NCBI GenBank assembly: GCA_034520965.1
Contig: JAXHMY010000001.1
Span: 800,001 to 864,000, forward strand
Direction: 5' to 3'
DNA length: 64,000 nucleotides
From: Spirochaetia bacterium
GTDB lineage: Bacteria; Spirochaetota; Spirochaetia; DSM-16054; Sediminispirochaetaceae
Of this stretch, positions 10,703 to 21,437 are shown piece by piece. The notes below the pieces were generated by a model. That model searched no databases. It was not told the origin of the DNA and was given only the letters and a program-made list of their open reading frames with translations. Every line of letters starts with the position of its first letter. Position 1 is the stretch's first letter. The translations under genes were made by a program, and so were the position numbers.

Positions 10703-12057
10703 TTATAAAACCGCTTTCCCTTTCTCTGTTAATCGATATCTCTGTTTGCTGCTTGTTGGTTTCTCAGGTATGGTCATTTCTATTACCTTCGCTTCCAATG
10801 CTGGTTGAAGATAGTTTAACCTGAAATACTCTCTATCAGATAGCTTCAGTTTTTCCTGTAATTCCTGTCGGTTTAATTCACCCTCAACTACCTCTAAAAG
10901 CTTTTTAACTTGCGGGGTAACTTGCGGGGTAACTTGCGGGGTAACTTGCGGGGTAACTTGCGGGGTAGCCTTTTCAATGGCGGGAAAAGCCATCCGTAAA
11001 AAGTTCTCAGAGAATTGGAAACATTCTTTTGCCATAATGTTCCAAAATACGCGGTATACCCGACCCCAACTGTTCTACCATCTCTAAATCTTTATATATT
11101 CTCATTAACTCCTTGTTTCGGGGAATGGAAAAGCCTTCGAAAAACTCTTCCCTGCTCAACCCTTCGGGCAATGACCCTGCTGATGTAATCTCAATCCGGT
11201 CGCTGAAAATCTCAAACTTGGGTGGAATCTCCCGGGTGTAGTCGTTGTGGACAAAAGCGTTAATAATGGCTTCCCGCAGGGCAATGGCACTCCACAAACG
11301 TTGTTCTTTCCGTCTCTTTAGAGGTTATTGTGGCAGCCGTACGATTTTCCAGGTCAATTTTGTTCAATACGCTTTTGGTAGATTTGATGAGCGAACAATA
11401 GCCGTATTCGTTGTTTTCGATAAGGTTAACCCGATTTTTTCCACTGTACTTGGCGACTTTTATGGAAAGGTTGTTTTCATCCGCCAGCAGGTAGGCAGCA
11501 TAGTTGAGCGCCCCTTCTTCTGTGGTTAGTTCCAGATTCTTTTTAAACTGCTTATTGAGCGGTTTTTTCTTTTCCTCGTAGTAAATACGCAGTTGCTCAA
11601 AACTCAAATCTTGCCGGTGGGCTTTGATTTTACCAATAGAATTACGGGTACGGGTGGCAAACAGTTTATCGATCATGGTCTGGGGCATTGGTTCTGCCGC
11701 CGTACCCAAACGGATAAAACAGCCCTTTTCGGTCATGCCATATTTCTTTTTGAAATAGGGCTTCTCACTGCCGCTGGCTACAATGATCTTGAGGACATTC
11801 CTGCCTTCCTGCTCTTCTACTACCACATCAAACAGGCCTAGAGCAGAAGGAGCGATATTGTTTTTAATACGATCTTTGATCTTGAGCATATCCCCATCAG
11901 GATCTTTCACGCCAACTACTTTGCCTTTTGTGTCAACTCCAATATAGATCAACCCGCCTTCCCGATAATTCAAGAAAGCCACAACTTCCTTTTCCAGGTC
12001 CAGATCTTTGGTGAAGGATAATTTGTATTCTATGCGGTTTGTTTCAGACATAATCAT
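10703..12057 (-). pseudogene. Schlafen/AlbA_2 + HATPase_c_4 + HTH protein in three frames
   Basis: ETNRIEYK...EVVAFLN..GG.IYIGV; ALREAIINAFVHNDY, IEITSAG, VEQLGSGI; C-terminal wHTH; two frameshifts, possibly sequencing errors. Confidence 0.75.
10907..10966. repeat. 12-bp tandem repeat x5 (AACTTGCGGGGT) encoding a TPQV linker
   Basis: Five perfect copies read directly. Confidence 0.95.
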
Positions 12058-12457
12058 ACCCTAATAATCCGAATACTCATGCCAAACCGGCGGTCGCCGA
12101 GTCCTTCTCCTGACCGTTCAGCATAACCTTGGTAGGCGATTGTTCGGCCACCTTCAGCAGCAACGAAGTTCATCACAACTGGCCCAGAGGCTCGAGTAGA
12201 GTTCAGATTGTTATTACATTATGCTACTGAGAAAAATAGTAAACCCTTTGATACGCCGGGTCAACATAGAGTTTTTGGCTAGTGTATGCAGGTGCAAAGT
12301 CGATCAGATTTGGTGATAGTTGTGTACCTGAGACTTCCAATTTACGGGAACTCAAAGGCAACTTATGGTTAAGCTATTTCGCATTCGATTTTTCGCAGAT
12401 TTTCTGTAATTCTGTTTTTCTGTTGTAGATTTTACGAAATTGTAGTATATTATTGCT

Positions 12458-12772
12458 ATGAGGGTAACGCTTACGGTAACAGATAGAGGAACTGTCACGC
12501 TTCCGGCAAAACTCCGGAAGGAAATGGGCATTGATGCTGACTCCTTGCTCATCGCAGAAACTACCGAGGAAGGAATCTTAATTAGACCTGCGGTGGCCCT
12601 TCCGGTAGAGGTGTATTCTCGAGGATTGGCTGCAAAAATTCGCCGCAGCGGAACAGGACCTGACAGAATGGTACGACAGCGAGTCCCGGTGAGTAATGCG
12701 GATATTCCTAGATGCCAATATTTTATTTTCAGCTGCTTACTCCGACGCTGCCCTTCGGCGCCTGATCAATGA
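12458..12772 (+). CDS. AbrB/MazE-family antitoxin; 3' end probably frameshifted
   Basis: TVTDRGTVTLPAKLRKEMGI...EEGILIRP; upstream of a PIN gene. Confidence 0.75.
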   Translation: MRVTLTVTDRGTVTLPAKLRKEMGIDADSLLIAETTEEGILIRPAVALPVEVYSRGLAAKIRRSGTGPDRMVRQRVPVSNADIPRCQYFIFSCLLRRCPSAPDQ

Positions 12773-13112
12773 TCTCGAGGCGGCATCTTGTTCACTCGTT
12801 GCTGATCGCTACGTTTTTGAAGAAGCGCTCCGAAATCTTACGATACAACGAGCCGAGGCCGTCCCCCGGCTTCATGTACTCGTGAGCGTGCTGACCATCG
12901 TTTCCACCCATATTTCCTCAAGTGCGATTCCTCCCGATGTTCATCTTCCTGATAAAGATATTCCTGTGCTCGCAAGTGCAATTGAGGCAGGCTGCGACAT
13001 TCTGATGACCGGAGACTCTCGCCATTTCGGTCCGCTTTTCGGAAGGTCCATCGAAGGGCTTTCCATCCGCTCGCCGGTTGAAACGGCTAAGCATATACTG
13101 GGCTGTCATTGA
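12696..13112 (+). CDS. PIN-domain (VapC-like) toxin
   Basis: IFLDANILFSA, KDIPVLASA, MTGDSRHF. Confidence 0.85.
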   Translation: MRIFLDANILFSAAYSDAALRRLINDLEAASCSLVADRYVFEEALRNLTIQRAEAVPRLHVLVSVLTIVSTHISSSAIPPDVHLPDKDIPVLASAIEAGCDILMTGDSRHFGPLFGRSIEGLSIRSPVETAKHILGCH

Positions 13113-13163
13113 CGTGTACCACACAGCCAAGTAGGATAAAGCTTTAACTTCCAGGAGGCCGCA

Positions 13164-14081
13164 ATGTTCAAAATGCATTATGTAAAGCTGTTCTTTGTTC
13201 CAATTCTCTGGGGCGGGGCCCTGGTGGCCGGCAGGGTGGTTGCACCAAACCTGCCGCCCTTCACCACCGCTTTTCTGCGCTTTTTGGCGGTCAGCCTGTT
13301 TTTACTGCCCTTTCTGTATGCCCGGGAGGGGATTTCCCAGACCTTCACGCAAGTCGGCTCTGCTGCTGGTGCTTTTGAGTTTTACCGGGGTAATGATGTT
13401 TAACTTTTTTCTCTTTTCCGGTCTGCGGACGGTAACCGCCGTTCGCAGCGCAGTTTTTATTGCCTTTACCCCGGCGGTGGTTGCCCTGGCTTCGGCCCTG
13501 TTTTTCCGGAGAGAATTAACCTGCTGATGGGCCTTGGAATCGTGAGCGCATTTATTGGGGCGGTGATTACCATTACCAACGGAGACATACAGGTGCTGCT
13601 CTCCAGAGCTGTTTCCACGGGCGATCTGTTCCTGCTGGGCTGTGTGGCAATGTGGACCATCTATTCGATTACCGCCAAATTTGTCATGAACGAGATTGCC
13701 CCCTTTACCCTGCTTACCTACGGTTCGCTGATAGGGTCGCTGCTGATGATTCCCTTTGTGCTGTACGAAGGGGCGATATTCAACCTGAATAGCCAGCCCA
13801 TCGAAACCTGGATAGGCCTGCTGTATTTGAGTATTGGTGCGGCCGGAATTGCCTATCTGTGGTACTACGAGGGGATAAAGGCGGTAGGTGCTCCGCGGGC
13901 GGCTATTTTCTTGAACCTGGAACCGGTGGCTGCTATGGGTTTGGGAATTGTCATCTTAAACGAACAGGTAACTCTGCCGGTGCTCCTCGGTGCTCTGCTG
14001 GTTATTTTCGGACTGCTGCTTACCAACTACCCGGTGAAAAAACCGAAAAACGTGAGCCCCCAGCCGGATATATCTGTGTAA
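13164..14081 (+). CDS. EamA/DMT transporter, frameshifted across three ORFs
   Basis: LWGG...PPFTTAFLRF; GIAYLWYYEGIKAVG, FLNLEPV. Confidence 0.8.
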
Positions 14082-14160
14082 GCTGTTTCCATGGACAATC
14101 ACTGGCCGGGCTGGTAGAATGTGATATATCACTATATTTTGAGTTGAAGAGGAGGATGGT

Positions 14161-15258
14161 ATGTCTTTAGAGTTAAAACCGCGCGAATCCTGCGCATACG
14201 ATTGTATTTCCTTGGGTGAGATTATGCTGCGCCTGGACCCCGGCGAGGGAAGGGTCAAGAACACCCGGCACTTCAATGTGTGGGAGGGCGGAGGCGAATA
14301 TAACGTTACCCGCGCCCTGAGGCGCTGCTTCAATTTACGTACGGCAACGGTTACATCCTTTGCGGATAACGAGATTGGCCGCCTGGCCGAAGATTTTATT
14401 CTGCAGGGCGGGGTGGATACCCGCTTTATCAAATGGGTCCCCTACGACGGGGTGGGCCGGAGGGTACGCAACGGCCTCAATTTTACCGAACGGGGCTTCG
14501 GTCTGCGGGCTGCCCTGGGGGTATCGGACCGCGGTAATTCCGCGGCGAGCCAGTTAAAACGCGGGGATATCGACTGGGAAGAAATTTTCGGAACCCACGG
14601 CGTCCGCTGGCTGCATACCGGCGGCATTTTTGCGGCCCTCTCCGAGACCACCCCCGGGGTAATCGAAGATGCGGTAAAGACGGCAAAAAAACATGGCACC
14701 ATTGTCAGTTACGACCTCAACTACCGCTCATCCCTCTGGAAGAGTATCGGCGGCAAGGAGAAGGCCATCGAGGTAAACCGCCGGCTGGCCCCCTATATCG
14801 ATGTAATGATCGGCAACGAAGAAGACTTTACCGCGGCCCTCGGCTTTGAGGTAGAGGGAATGGATGAGAACATCAGCAGCATCCAGATTGACGGCTATAA
14901 GAATATGATCGCCTACGCCACCGAGCAGTTTCCCAATTTTAAGGTAATTGCTACCACCCTGCGAACGGTAAAGACCGCCACGGTCAACGACTGGGGCGCT
15001 ATTTGCTGGCACGACGGCCAGTTTTACGAGGCCGCCCATCGCGAGAATTTGGAAATTCTGGACCGGGTAGGCGGGGGTGACAGCTTTGCCTCGGGCCTGA
15101 TCTATGGATTCTTGACCTTTAACGATGCCCCCCGGGCGGTGGAATACGGGGCGGCCCACGGGGCCCTGGCAATGACCACCCCCGGCGATACCAGTATGGC
15201 CTCCCTTAAGGAGGTGGAACATCTGGTACAGGGCGGCAGCGCACGGGTAAAAAGGTAA
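14161..15258 (+). CDS. kdgK: PfkB-family sugar kinase (2-keto-3-deoxygluconate kinase)
   Basis: GEIMLRL, GGGEYNV, YDLNYR, DRVGGGDSFASG; hexuronate context. Confidence 0.8.
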   Translation: MSLELKPRESCAYDCISLGEIMLRLDPGEGRVKNTRHFNVWEGGGEYNVTRALRRCFNLRTATVTSFADNEIGRLAEDFILQGGVDTRFIKWVPYDGVGRRVRNGLNFTERGFGLRAALGVSDRGNSAASQLKRGDIDWEEIFGTHGVRWLHTGGIFAALSETTPGVIEDAVKTAKKHGTIVSYDLNYRSSLWKSIGGKEKAIEVNRRLAPYIDVMIGNEEDFTAALGFEVEGMDENISSIQIDGYKNMIAYATEQFPNFKVIATTLRTVKTATVNDWGAICWHDGQFYEAAHRENLEILDRVGGGDSFASGLIYGFLTFNDAPRAVEYGAAHGALAMTTPGDTSMASLKEVEHLVQGGSARVKR

Positions 15259-15279
15259 CAACCAAAAAAGGATGCAGGA

Positions 15280-15816
15280 ATGGCACAGATTGACCGCCTA
15301 GCCCTTGAAGGGCTCCACGACATGTATCTCTCATCCCACCCCCTGGAGGAGGTCCAAGACAGCGGCGATGTCCGCAGCCGGGTGGAGGCGTTTATTGGGG
15401 ATATTAAGGCCAGGGGGGTTGGGACAGTGGTGGTGCTGCTGCCCTCCCACGAGATTGACGACCTGTACGGAGATGTCGACCTGGTGGACGAATACCGGAA
15501 GCATGGCCTTGGGGTGGTGCACTTTCCTCTAGAGAACTTCACCGTCCCCGACAAGATAGAGCTGTTCGATGAGCTTATTGCGCGGCTGGTCGGCATTTTA
15601 GGGGAGCAGCCCATTCTGGTGCACTGCATGGCAGGCTGCGGGCGGACCGGGCTGATAGCCGCGGGAGTCCTGGTGCGGCACGGCAGTTCTGCGACCGAGG
15701 CAATCGAAGTGGTACGGAATATTCGTCACGGCAGTATGGATATGCTCCGGCAGGTTCTGTTTTTACGCAGTTACCGGCGCTATATAGACGGGCGGAAGCA
15801 GGACGGGCAGGGATAG
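15280..15816 (+). CDS. Cys-based protein tyrosine/dual-specificity phosphatase
   Basis: HCMAGCGRTG P-loop. Confidence 0.85.
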   Translation: MAQIDRLALEGLHDMYLSSHPLEEVQDSGDVRSRVEAFIGDIKARGVGTVVVLLPSHEIDDLYGDVDLVDEYRKHGLGVVHFPLENFTVPDKIELFDELIARLVGILGEQPILVHCMAGCGRTGLIAAGVLVRHGSSATEAIEVVRNIRHGSMDMLRQVLFLRSYRRYIDGRKQDGQG

Positions 15817-15864
15817 GGAGACAGACAAAACCGGGGCGGTGGAGCGACTCTTGGTATAAGCATA

Positions 15865-15901
15865 AAAGCTGCACCCAGTGCTTTTCACGGGGTGCAGCTT
15901 T
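15865..15901. terminator. Probable bidirectional intrinsic terminator
   Basis: AAAGCTGCACCC...GGGTGCAGCTTT between convergent genes. Confidence 0.7.
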
Positions 15902-15926
15902 GTTATATGGGGCAGCACAGGCGCCT

Positions 15927-17399
15927 TTAGGCGTTGTACGTTCCTGATGCAACATCATCCATACCCGTTCCCGTCCAGTTGGTATGAAAGAATTCACCCC
16001 TAGGGGTGTCGACCCGTTCGTAGGTATGTGCACCAAAGTAATCGCGCTGGGCCTGCAGCAGGTTGGCCGGCAGGCGGCTGCTCCGATAGCCGTCGTAAAA
16101 GTTGAGGGCCGTGGTCATAGCCGGCACTGGAATTCCCAGCTCGATAGCCTTGGAGGCAACCCGGCGCCAGGAGGCCTGGGCATCTTCGATAAGCTTCCGG
16201 AAGTAGTCGTCCAGCAGCAGATTCGACAGGTCGGGGCTGCGCTGGAAGGCCTCTTTAATATTGCCCAAAAAGACACTGCGGATAATACAGCCTTCACGCC
16301 ACATCATGGCTATTTCCCCGTAATTGAGGTTCCAATTGTACTCGCCGGCGGCCTGGCGCATCAGCATAAAGCCCTGGGCGTAGGAGATTATCTTGGAGGC
16401 CAGCAGGGCCTTGCGGATGTCGTCGATGAAGGCCTTGCGATCACCGCTGAAGGTGGTCTCCGGGCCCTTGAGGATTTTGGAGGCCTCTACCCGCTCCTCT
16501 TTGAGGGCCGAGAGGTAGCGGGAGTAGACCGCCTCGCCGATGAGGGTAACCGGGATACCGCTCTCCAGGGAGTTGACGGCGGTCCATTTGCCCGTGCCCT
16601 TTTGGCCGGCGGTGTCGAGGATTTTTTCGACCAGGGGCCCGCCGTCTTTGTCCTTAAAGGCCAGAATGTTGGAGGTAATTTCGATCAGGTAGCTGTCCAG
16701 CTCGCCGGTGTTCCAGTCGGCAAAGACCTTGCTCATTTCGTTGGGGCTGAGGCCCAGGCCGTTTTTCATTAGGTCGTAGGCCTCGCAAATAAGCTGGATG
16801 TCGCCGTACTCGATGCCGTTATGCACCATTTTCACGTAGTGTCCGGCGCCGTCGGAGCCCACCCAGTCGCAGCAGGGCTCGCCTTCGGAGGTTTTGGCGG
16901 CGATGGCCTGGAAGATTTCCTTAACCAGGGGCCAGGCTTTGGGGTCGCCCCCGGGCATCATGGAAGGTCCGTGGCGGGCCCCTTCTTCGCCGCCGGAGAC
17001 TCCGGTACCGATGTACAGCAGTCCCTTGTCCTTCAGATACTTGGTGCGGCGGATGGTATCGGGAAAGTGGCTGTTGCCGCCGTCGATAATCAGGTCGCCC
17101 TGCTCCAGGTGGGGCAGGAGCATTTCGATAAACTTGTCGACTACCTCGCCGGCTTTTACCAGCAGGATTACCTTGCGGGGCCGCTCTAGTGAGTCGATAA
17201 ACTCCTCGACGCTGTGGGTGCCGATGATTGTATCCCGGCCCTTGGCGGCGTTCTCTTTGAAGGAGTCTACTTTAGAGACGGTCCGGTTAAAGACGGACAC
17301 CGTATACCCCTTATCGTTCATATTCAGCACCAGGTTCTGGCCCATTACGGCCAGCCCAATTAGCCCTATGTCGGCTTTTTTATTCGCTGTTTTACTCAT
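15927..17399 (-). CDS. gnd: 6-phosphogluconate dehydrogenase, decarboxylating
   Basis: [35 protein letters not shown]. Confidence 0.97.
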   Translation of the reverse strand: MSKTANKKADIGLIGLAVMGQNLVLNMNDKGYTVSVFNRTVSKVDSFKENAAKGRDTIIGTHSVEEFIDSLERPRKVILLVKAGEVVDKFIEMLLPHLEQGDLIIDGGNSHFPDTIRRTKYLKDKGLLYIGTGVSGGEEGARHGPSMMPGGDPKAWPLVKEIFQAIAAKTSEGEPCCDWVGSDGAGHYVKMVHNGIEYGDIQLICEAYDLMKNGLGLSPNEMSKVFADWNTGELDSYLIEITSNILAFKDKDGGPLVEKILDTAGQKGTGKWTAVNSLESGIPVTLIGEAVYSRYLSALKEERVEASKILKGPETTFSGDRKAFIDDIRKALLASKIISYAQGFMLMRQAAGEYNWNLNYGEIAMMWREGCIIRSVFLGNIKEAFQRSPDLSNLLLDDYFRKLIEDAQASWRRVASKAIELGIPVPAMTTALNFYDGYRSSRLPANLLQAQRDYFGAHTYERVDTPRGEFFHTNWTGTGMDDVASGTYNA

Positions 17400-17481
17400 T
17401 TATTTTATCCTCCAATATTTTTTTGGCTATTTTTTTAACTCTGTTTTTGGCTCTGTTTTTGGCACAGCCGGCTGCGCCGGT

Positions 17482-18750
17482 TTAATCCAGTTCGCGGGCG
17501 GTCCACAGGCCCAGGGCGGGGTTGCGGATAAAGTAGATCTCCTCGCCGTCGGGCAGGCGGTTATAGCCGTCCTTGAGTGTGTCCGGCTTGTAGCGCTCCA
17601 TGGCCTCCTCCGGATCGCGGTATCCAAAGTGGACCGACTCTATCTCCTCGCGGCTCAGATGGCCGGGGCAATAGGTTATTGTGAAGCGCCCCTCGGAGCT
17701 GCCGTGCACCAGGTGGGCCATCGCTCCAAGGTTATCCTGCAGCTCGGGGTTCTCTTCCACCAACTGCAGTACCTTCGGAGTGCCGCAGTAGCCGTAGCGG
17801 CGGATCAGCTTGTCGATTTGGGGATCTTCGCCAAATTCCTTGACCCCCGGGGCCAGCACAATCAGTTCTCCCCCGTCTTCGATGGCCATGCGCGAGCGGT
17901 ATACGGATTTGTTTCCGATCCAGGTGCTGCGGTACTCGCTGGGGTCCATGTAGGCGACTACCCGCTTAAGGGGTTTTTCCACCTGCACAATATTGACCTG
18001 CTGGGCTAAAGCCGCCGCCTTCTCGTAGCACTCCCGGTCGTCGCCGATGAAAAGCCCCTTGGTAGCCAGGGTTCCGTCGGCTTCGACGGCAACCACCGTA
18101 AGGACGTACACTACAGGAAGGTCCCCGGCAAAATGATCGTCGGCGTAGTTCATTAGTTCACGTACGGGGGTGTTGATTCGTCCCATAATCCGCTCTGTAC
18201 CGTAGACTGCCCCCAGGTAGTGGCTTTTGTTGATGCCCTCCACTCCGCCGGTGCCGACAAACAGGTTTTTGTTGTAATTGGCCATTCCAATTACTTCGTG
18301 GGGAACCACCTGTCCCACCGAGAGGATCAGGTCGTAACTGCCGGTAACCAGCCGTTCGTTGACCTGGGCGGGCCATTCGAAGTTGAGTTTACCCTCGGAG
18401 AGCTTGTTGATTACCTCCGACGGCACAGTTCCCAGGGTGGCCAGTCCGCCCCGCCAATCGTGCTCGCGAAAGAGCTCCTGCGGTGTTTCACCGTACATCC
18501 GGCTGATTTCTTCACTTGTCATTGGGGTATGGGTGCCGACCGCCGGCAGTACGTCGGTTAGTCTGTCCCCGTAATAACGCCATGCCTGCTCTGTAAGGTA
18601 TCCGGCACGGGAGTGAAAGCGGGTTACATCGGGAGGAACCGCGATTACCCTGTCCCGCTCTCCGAGGGCGTTCAGAGCGGTAAAAAGCCCCTCACGCAGC
18701 TGTTCATCCGTTAATCTTACATCTTTTCCGCCATGTGCATAATACAGCAT
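17482..18750 (-). CDS. LarA (lactate racemase) superfamily protein, candidate D-mannonate/D-gluconate 2-epimerase
   Basis: PPDVTR, AVGTH, EHDW, VVPHEVIG motifs; located between hexuronate genes and gnd. Confidence 0.7.
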   Translation of the reverse strand: MLYYAHGGKDVRLTDEQLREGLFTALNALGERDRVIAVPPDVTRFHSRAGYLTEQAWRYYGDRLTDVLPAVGTHTPMTSEEISRMYGETPQELFREHDWRGGLATLGTVPSEVINKLSEGKLNFEWPAQVNERLVTGSYDLILSVGQVVPHEVIGMANYNKNLFVGTGGVEGINKSHYLGAVYGTERIMGRINTPVRELMNYADDHFAGDLPVVYVLTVVAVEADGTLATKGLFIGDDRECYEKAAALAQQVNIVQVEKPLKRVVAYMDPSEYRSTWIGNKSVYRSRMAIEDGGELIVLAPGVKEFGEDPQIDKLIRRYGYCGTPKVLQLVEENPELQDNLGAMAHLVHGSSEGRFTITYCPGHLSREEIESVHFGYRDPEEAMERYKPDTLKDGYNRLPDGEEIYFIRNPALGLWTARELD

Positions 18751-18762
18751 GTTACCTCCAGT

Positions 18763-19650
18763 CTAGGAATTCCAGGCCGGTTTTTCCGGCAGGGAGGAAT
18801 CGAATTCCACCGCTAATTGTTCGCCATATGTACCCTTATAACTTCCGTTTAGAAAGCGATCAAGCCCCTCTTCAAAAAAACGCTGCCAGGAGAACTCCTC
18901 CTGCCCGGGTATAATCGGATAAAACAGCGCCTGATTGGCCTGGGCGGCCCTTAGGTCGCCCGGAGCATCCCCTATCATTAATATATGGTCGGCAGGATAT
19001 TTTCCATCCGCTCCCAAGGCGATATGTTCGGTTTTGGTGCCCATCTCCTGACCGGCAATCAGGCGGGTGTACTTGTCTATTCCATGCTCCTCCCACTCCC
19101 GTTTGAGAGCTTCGAGGGGGGTTTGGGAGACCACTAGAACATCCGCCTGACCCTGTAATTTTTGTAAGCCCAGGGGTAAGTGGGGAAAGGGGGGAAGGTT
19201 AAAGACGATTTCCTCCACGCTTTGATTCACTCCCTTTGACCACCGATAGGCCAGCTGCAGGTCCGGATCCGGATTGCGCTGCAGTTCCGCTTCTAAGGCC
19301 GGGTTACCTAGCTTGCTTTCCCGTTCCACCCACTCCCGCAGCCCCTGCATTTCTGGGATATCCACCTTTCGCTCCCGAACTTCCGGTCGCTCCCGCAGCA
19401 GATCCAGAGCAACTATCACAGCCCTGAAGCGATTATAGCCCCGGGTTTTTGAGTAAAGGTTTACAAAGTCCCAGGTTTCGCGGGCATACTTGGATACCGC
19501 CTGCAGACCGAAGTGTTTTATGAAGTTGGGACAGAAACACTCTTTATGCTTTAGTTCCATTGAGTCAAAGGCACAGCCGTCCGAATCAATTCCAATGAAA
19601 AAGCCGCTTTTCGGCTGAAAGTCCTTTAGCTGCTGAACAAGATCCCGCAT
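18763..19650 (-). CDS. HAD-superfamily hydrolase
   Basis: IDSDGCAFD motif I, MIGDAPGD motif IV. Confidence 0.8.
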   Translation of the reverse strand: MRDLVQQLKDFQPKSGFFIGIDSDGCAFDSMELKHKECFCPNFIKHFGLQAVSKYARETWDFVNLYSKTRGYNRFRAVIVALDLLRERPEVRERKVDIPEMQGLREWVERESKLGNPALEAELQRNPDPDLQLAYRWSKGVNQSVEEIVFNLPPFPHLPLGLQKLQGQADVLVVSQTPLEALKREWEEHGIDKYTRLIAGQEMGTKTEHIALGADGKYPADHILMIGDAPGDLRAAQANQALFYPIIPGQEEFSWQRFFEEGLDRFLNGSYKGTYGEQLAVEFDSSLPEKPAWNS

Positions 19651-19731
19651 AGTTTCTATTCCTTTCGTTTTTGGATACTATACGAAAATTATTATCATGA
19701 AACAAGAGCGCAGTCAAGCACAGTTTCATGT

Positions 19732-19760
19732 TTGACATCTAAAAACTTTCGTTATATTAT
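19732..19760 (+). promoter_or_regulatory. sigma70-type promoter of the DeoR/uxa operon
   Basis: TTGACA-17 bp-TATTAT; TTTCGT/ACGAAA repeats nearby may be operators. Confidence 0.65.
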
Positions 19761-19792
19761 GAAAAAATAAAACTAACGAAAGCAGGATACAC

Positions 19793-20566
19793 ATGGCGCA
19801 ACCGACCCGACATGATGAAATTATCAATATTATAAGCCGACGCCGGCAGGTGACCGTCCAGGAGCTTACAGAACGCCTGAAGGTATCCGAGGTGACCATC
19901 CGCAAGGACCTCAGCTTTTTAGAGGAGCAGGGCTACCTTATGCGGACCCACGGAGGCGCCCGTCTGGCCGAGGATATCGGCCGACTGCACTCTATCAGTG
20001 CCCGCCGTGAGGCCCATACCGCTGAAAAATGTGCAATCGCAAAAGCTGCGGCTTCGTTATTGAACGAAGGCGACACTATCCTGATCGACGCCGGCAGTAC
20101 CTGTGCCTCCCTGGCCCACGCCATCCGCGATATGAACCTGCGGGTTATTACCAACTCCCTCGATGTAATGGTAGAGCTGGCGGACTCCCACTCAATCTCG
20201 CTGCACTCGGTAGGCGGCAGTTATCGCATGGATGCCGGCTCGTTTATCGGCCCCGCAGCCGAAGAGTCGCTTCAGCAGTACCGGATAGACAGCTGTTTTA
20301 TCGGAACCCCCGCCTTTACCAGTGACGGAGTGTTCTCCTCTCAAAACACCATTGAGTCCCACTTCAAAAGCCAGGCACTCAAGATTTCCAAGCGTCGAAT
20401 AGTCCTGTCCGATCATACCAAGTACAATAAAACGACCTTTTCCGTCTTCAGCCGGGCGGAGAACATCGATATTTTGGTGGTTGACGACAACTTTGAAGGC
20501 ATAGAAAAGCTGCGGTCCCTGGGCATTGAGGTGCTGGTCGCAGAGGAAGCAGATTCAAACTGTTAA
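19793..20566 (+). CDS. DeoR/GlpR-family transcriptional regulator
   Basis: VSEVTIRKDL..LE..G...RTHGGA HTH; IDAGST. Confidence 0.92.
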   Translation: MAQPTRHDEIINIISRRRQVTVQELTERLKVSEVTIRKDLSFLEEQGYLMRTHGGARLAEDIGRLHSISARREAHTAEKCAIAKAAASLLNEGDTILIDAGSTCASLAHAIRDMNLRVITNSLDVMVELADSHSISLHSVGGSYRMDAGSFIGPAAEESLQQYRIDSCFIGTPAFTSDGVFSSQNTIESHFKSQALKISKRRIVLSDHTKYNKTTFSVFSRAENIDILVVDDNFEGIEKLRSLGIEVLVAEEADSNC

Positions 20567-20606
20567 AAATAAATTCACGAAAATACGCAATTACAAAGGA
20601 GTATGT

Positions 20607-21428
20607 ATGATTAATGCAAAAGAGATGTTTGATTTGAGCGGAAAAAAGGCGGTTATAACCGGGGGCGGCGGAGTACTGGCCGGAGTAATGGCGGAGAGCC
20701 TGATTGGCGCCGGAGCCACCGTATCACTGTGGGGACGCGGGCGCAGCGCGCCGGTAGCCGATATTGTAAAAGAGATAGGAGAGAAGACCGGCCGGCCTGA
20801 GCAGGTGAAAGGGGTTACCGTCGATACCAGCGACAAAGCCGCCGTAGAGAAAGCCCTGGAGCAGACCGAACAAGAGCTTGGTATGCCGGATATTCTGGTA
20901 AACGGAGTTGGGGGAAACCTCGGGAAAAACTCGTTTATTGATGCAGACCTGGATACCTTCGATAAAATTCTCAAGATGAACATACTCGCCGGCCTGGTAA
21001 TTCCGACCCAGGTATTCGCCAAAAGATGGATTGAAGCCTCCCAGCCGGCAAGCATCATCAATATGGCCTCGATGGCCTCTTACATCCCGCTATCAGGAGT
21101 ATGGGCCTACGGGGCGGCGAAATCCGCAGTTATGAACCTTACCATGGCCACCGCAAAGGAGTTTGCCCCCCACAAGATCAGGGTAAACGGCATCGCCCCC
21201 GGCTTTTTTATCGGGAATCAGAACAAGGCCTTGCTGATTGCAGATGAGGCCAAGGGGACTCTGACCGACCGCGGGCAGTCGATTATCGACCACACCCCCT
21301 ACGGCCGCTTCGGCGCCCAGGAGGATTTAGCGGGCACCACCGTCTTTCTGGCCAGCGAGAAGGCCTCCGGCTTTATTACCGGGGTAACAATTCCGGTCGA
21401 CGGAGGATACCTGGTCCATAACGTATAG
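20607..21428 (+). CDS. SDR oxidoreductase (UxuB-like fructuronate/mannonate reductase)
   Basis: TGGGGVL, YGAAK, VNGIAPGFF; next to uxaC. Confidence 0.75.
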   Translation: MINAKEMFDLSGKKAVITGGGGVLAGVMAESLIGAGATVSLWGRGRSAPVADIVKEIGEKTGRPEQVKGVTVDTSDKAAVEKALEQTEQELGMPDILVNGVGGNLGKNSFIDADLDTFDKILKMNILAGLVIPTQVFAKRWIEASQPASIINMASMASYIPLSGVWAYGAAKSAVMNLTMATAKEFAPHKIRVNGIAPGFFIGNQNKALLIADEAKGTLTDRGQSIIDHTPYGRFGAQEDLAGTTVFLASEKASGFITGVTIPVDGGYLVHNV

Positions 21429-21437
21429 GGGAAGTAT

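Noticed and set aside
7400..18009. Long antisense ORFs (7400-8683, 15984-16772, 16894-18009)
   Set aside because: Shadow frames of GC3-rich conserved genes with no motifs.
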